A stretch of DNA of 63,425 nt, counting the filler, from Hyphochytrium catenoides (lineage: Eukaryota; Protista; Hyphochytriomycota): assembly GCA_900088475.1 (NCBI GenBank). It is 9 parts of 9 records of this genome, joined end to end, with 100 filler letters (N's around TTAATTAATTAA, not from the genome) between each part and the next. Parts side by side here need not be neighbours in the genome. Positions count along the whole stretch, not along the records: positions 52,377 to 61,791 come from FLMG01000111.1; positions 61,892 to 63,425 come from FLMG01002165.1; 7 more parts are not named here. One strand, 5' to 3'. Shown one piece after another: positions 60,071 through 63,425 of this stretch. The position numbers and the translations under genes are program-made. Below the pieces are notes generated by a model. It worked only from the letters and a program-made list of their open reading frames with translations, did no database searches and was not told the origin of the DNA. How positions within the stretch are numbered: the first letter of the stretch is position 1; each line of letters begins with the position of its first letter.

Positions 60071-61625
60071 CTTCGTGTTCCGCTTCTTTCTCCCTGCAGC
60101 GCAACAACCTGCTGCCGCTCCTATTTCCTTTTGATGGGAAAGAACAAAGAGAAGACGTCCCTGATCCGTCCAAAGCTTCTCCGTAAGCAGGGCACTTGGA
60201 CTCTCCAGGGTCTAGCTACTTCATGTCTTTCTCTCTTTCTTCTCTGTGACGTCCCACAGAGTCTCTTCACCTTAGCCTTCGCTAGTGAGAACGGAATCTC
60301 CTTAGTTTTTGTTTTCTCGTAGAAGAGCTCGCAATGTATAGTCTCCAGCGTGTCCAACGAGAGACAGAGAAGTGACAAAGAGAGGGAAAGAGGAAAGAGA
60401 CAAGAAGAGGGAGTGTGGGTGGAAGATTAGGCGATTGGAAGGGTAGGAAAAGAACACAAAAATATAGCGAGAGAGAGAAAGGAAGTCAGAAGAGAAGTTA
60501 GAGAGAGAGGAGGATCCAAGAGAGACACAGAGAGGAGGCAGAGAGAGACAGAGAGATTAGAAAAGGGAGCCGAAACGCGAGAGAGAGAGAGAAAACCCCA
60601 AAGGAATAAGGAACGAGAGAGAAAGGCCATTATGTCTATCCAAATGGCAGAGAGACAGCGGCAGGACAACTCATAAACGGCAAAGAAGCATCACATTGTA
60701 GATACGCAAACCGCGTGTGTTTGCTTATAGCAAAGTGTAGCACTTCAAATAATAAACTATAACAAAAACCGCCGGGAGACAGCGGATAAGGACGCTCTCT
60801 CTTTCTCTCTCTCTTTCCTTCTTTTTTCCCTCCTCTCCTAGCCAAAGCCCCCGAGGACCTGCAGAACATGGCATAGACAAAAATAAAATGAAGGTGTCGA
60901 AATAAGAACCACCTCCCGTAGCAGACGCTGCGGAGCTGTGACACCAGTGATTCTGCTAGAAAAGAGAGAGAGAAAAGGCCCTTAGGTCTCTATCTCTTCC
61001 TTCCTTTTTAGAAATGGAAAACACTGGTGGCTCTTGAGCCCTCTCCTTGCCTATTGTAAGCCTGCGGCTGATGCAGTGGGACCGGGTCATCTATGTCAAT
61101 CTCTGTCTGAGCAGCGCTCGTCCTCCCTGCCGCTTGTCTTCCATCGTCATCTTCTACGTACGGCACGGACTTTCCCATGAAAGCTGATGCTCGGACAGAC
61201 GAGAGAGGCATAAAGCCCGGGGCCTGAGTGTTCTCCTGGTGTACGAATCCGCCAGAGGATATATTGGAAGATTGCTTCATAAGCGGGGCAATAGGGTGAT
61301 CCTGTGAAAGAGAGAGAGAGAGGCAGCGAATGATAGAGAAGGTAAGTAAGCAGGAAAAAGAGAAGGTACGGGCTGTTGAATGCTGATGAAAGACAAAAGA
61401 TGGCAGGAAGTCGGAGGTCAATGAACCACCGGAGAGAAATGAGGGCCGAAGAGAGAAAGAGAGAGAGAGAGAGACAGGAAGAGGGGGAGAGAGAGAGAGA
61501 GAGAGAGAGAGAGANNNNNNNNNNCTCGTGCCGCCCACTCCGAAGCCTCGTTGATCCCCTCCGTAACCTCTGACAGGACCCGAGGGGGTATCATAGTCTT
61601 TGGGAGTGATGTGCGCATTGAATCC

Positions 61626-61662
<37 letters not shown>

Positions 61663-62269
61663 GGTTTGTCACTACGAGGAAAAAGCACGTGGAGGGGCAA
61701 AATCGAGGAGGAGAGTAAGAAGCTCAACATAACTCTTGTGGAAAATAGGGCAGAGAGAAAGAGAAAGAGACAGGCGAGAGAGAGACTCTTGNNNNNNNNN
61801 NNNNNNNNNNNNNNNNNNNNNNNNNNNNNNNNNNNTTAATTAATTAANNNNNNNNNNNNNNNNNNNNNNNNNNNNNNNNNNNNNNNNNNNNTACTCAGCT
61901 TCTGATAGGCCTCAGACAAGGGCTCCAGCTGGGAGAGAAATGGTTGCAGATTTAGCCAAGAAGGTCCCGTCTATTCTGCGTTGACCAACCTCCCCTTTCT
62001 TCTGTTGCCTGCTCTACTATGTAACCCAATTCTAACTCCATTCTGTCTCGTTCTTAGTCTATGGCTCTTCGGCCTCTTTCTTTCCCTCTCTCTCCTCCTC
62101 TCTCTCTCTTCCTCTTTCCCTTTCTCTCCTGCCTCTGCCTTATCTTTCCTCTTCAGCCATCCCTGCTTTTTGTCTTGTGTCTCTCCTCCCTTCTAGGACT
62201 TCTCCGTGGTTTCCTCCCTTCCATTCCTCCTCCGTCGTCTATTCCTACCTTTGCAAGCTTCTGCAGCTC

Positions 62270-63110
62270 CATGTAAGCGCGAAGAATGACTAGGAGAGAG
62301 TTCTCCTTGGTAACTTCAAAGATTTCTGTCACACGTGAGTCCGTCTCCGGCAGTAGCGAGAGCAGCAGGTAAAGCGTCTGCATGTCACGAACTTCATGGA
62401 GGCTGAAGAAGGCCGTGGAAGAGGCAACAAGAGAGAAGGGGTAAGAGAGAAAGAGAAGAGAGAGAGAAAGAAAGAGAGAGAGAGAGCGAAAGTTAGGGGC
62501 AATAAAAGGCAGGATGACGGTAAGCAGGAAGAATAGAAAAGCCTAAAGTGCGACAAGGAAGAAAGATCGAAAGACCGGACGGTAGGGTGATGGAAAGTGT
62601 CGGTCCTAAAGCAAAGAGGACGACATAGACTTAGGGAGATACGGAGCGAGCCAAGGAGAAGAGACAGGGGAGAGAAACCTAGAGAAGGAGAGAGGAGAGA
62701 TAAGAGTGAGAGCCGACAGCTTCCTCTTCTCATACGATTTTGGGAGAGCCTCTCTTCTTGATAGCGTCTCTTTTCTAGTTTCCTTGCGCTTGAGCTGAGA
62801 AGGAGAAAGACGATCATGTCAGACCTCCCGCTTTGACCCAATTAACTTGCCTCACCGCCACATTTCTCTCCCTCGCTCCTTCTTTGTCTTCCCATCCTGC
62901 TCTATTACCCTGTCTTTCCCTACTTCACCTTGTTCGATTGCCATCTTTCTGCAAGCTGTTTGATTTCCTGTGCCACTTCTGCAGCTTCTCTCTGACCGAG
63001 CAGGTCCTCAACTCTCCTGAGCGTGACTTGGGAGCTCTTGAGACGGTTCTGGAGCTGGCAGAGAGAAACCAGCGCGAGAGAGAAGAGGAGAGACGGAGAG
63101 AAAGAGAGAC
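62270..63110 (-). CDS. Internal exons of an unidentified, probably coiled-coil protein
   Basis: LQNRLKSSQVTLRRVEDLLGQREAAEVAQEIKQLAERWQSNK and QTLYLLLSLLPETDSRVTEIFEVTKENSLLVILRAYMELQKLAK lie between CT-rich introns with GT/AG edges. Confidence 0.4.
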
Positions 63111-63425
63111 GACAAATTGAGCCAAAGTGTATGCGCGCGGAGATAAAAAGAGGGCAAAATGAGGTCAAGCAGTCAGATGGACAAGTAACGGGAGTAGAAA
63201 GTACGTAGCTCTTAGTCTCATCTGGACCTCGCTCCCTCATTTCCCTTCTCCTTTCTGCGTCTCTTCCCCAGGCAGGTGCGCTCACCTCGAAGACCGTGCT
63301 CTTCAAAAATAATGACTGAATGACGCAGTGATCTCCCTTCGTAAATAGCTGAGTAGGTGACGAGAGAAAAGTTTAGTACAGACGCCAGCGGATTGAAGAT
63401 GCATGCAGAGAGAGAGAGAGAGAGA

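Noticed and set aside
60190-60360. Tc1/IS630-like transposase remnant (EIPFSLAKAKVKR)
   Set aside because: It is too short and lacks the diagnostic P.SPDLNPIE motif.

Overview
Eukaryotic genomic sequence, probably a stramenopile-type protist or alga. The taxon is inferred from protein resemblance only. Introns are short GT-AG and packed with (CT)n/(GA)n microsatellites. The window is nine contigs joined by an artificial 100-nt linker (44 N + TTAATTAATTAA + 44 N), so adjacency across linkers is not biological. Contig 1 (1-24622) holds a hydroxylysine-kinase-like gene, a mitochondrial 2Fe-2S ferredoxin, dynactin p62, ADP-dependent glucokinase, a small complex I B9-like ORF, a GBF1/GNOM-type Sec7 ARF-GEF apparently fused to a degenerate SDR domain, and an intronless prokaryote-type WtpA/ModA tungstate/molybdate-binding protein with a membrane anchor. 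Later contigs hold a carboxylesterase 3' end, a FRO-type ferric reductase, copia fragments with nested LTRs, the 3' end of AAGAB, an apparently intact spliced Mutator-like transposase beside a palindromic satellite, a PRISE-type reductase, a 28S rRNA fragment, non-LTR retroelement remnants, an oligopeptidase B pseudogene, and WDR75/UTP17. One WDR75 intron carries three tandem box C/D snoRNA-like units with a fixed guide complementary to LSU rRNA and a diverging second guide. The most interesting signals are the orphan membrane-anchored WtpA-like protein, the intronic C/D guide-RNA array, and the Sec7-pseudoSDR fusion.
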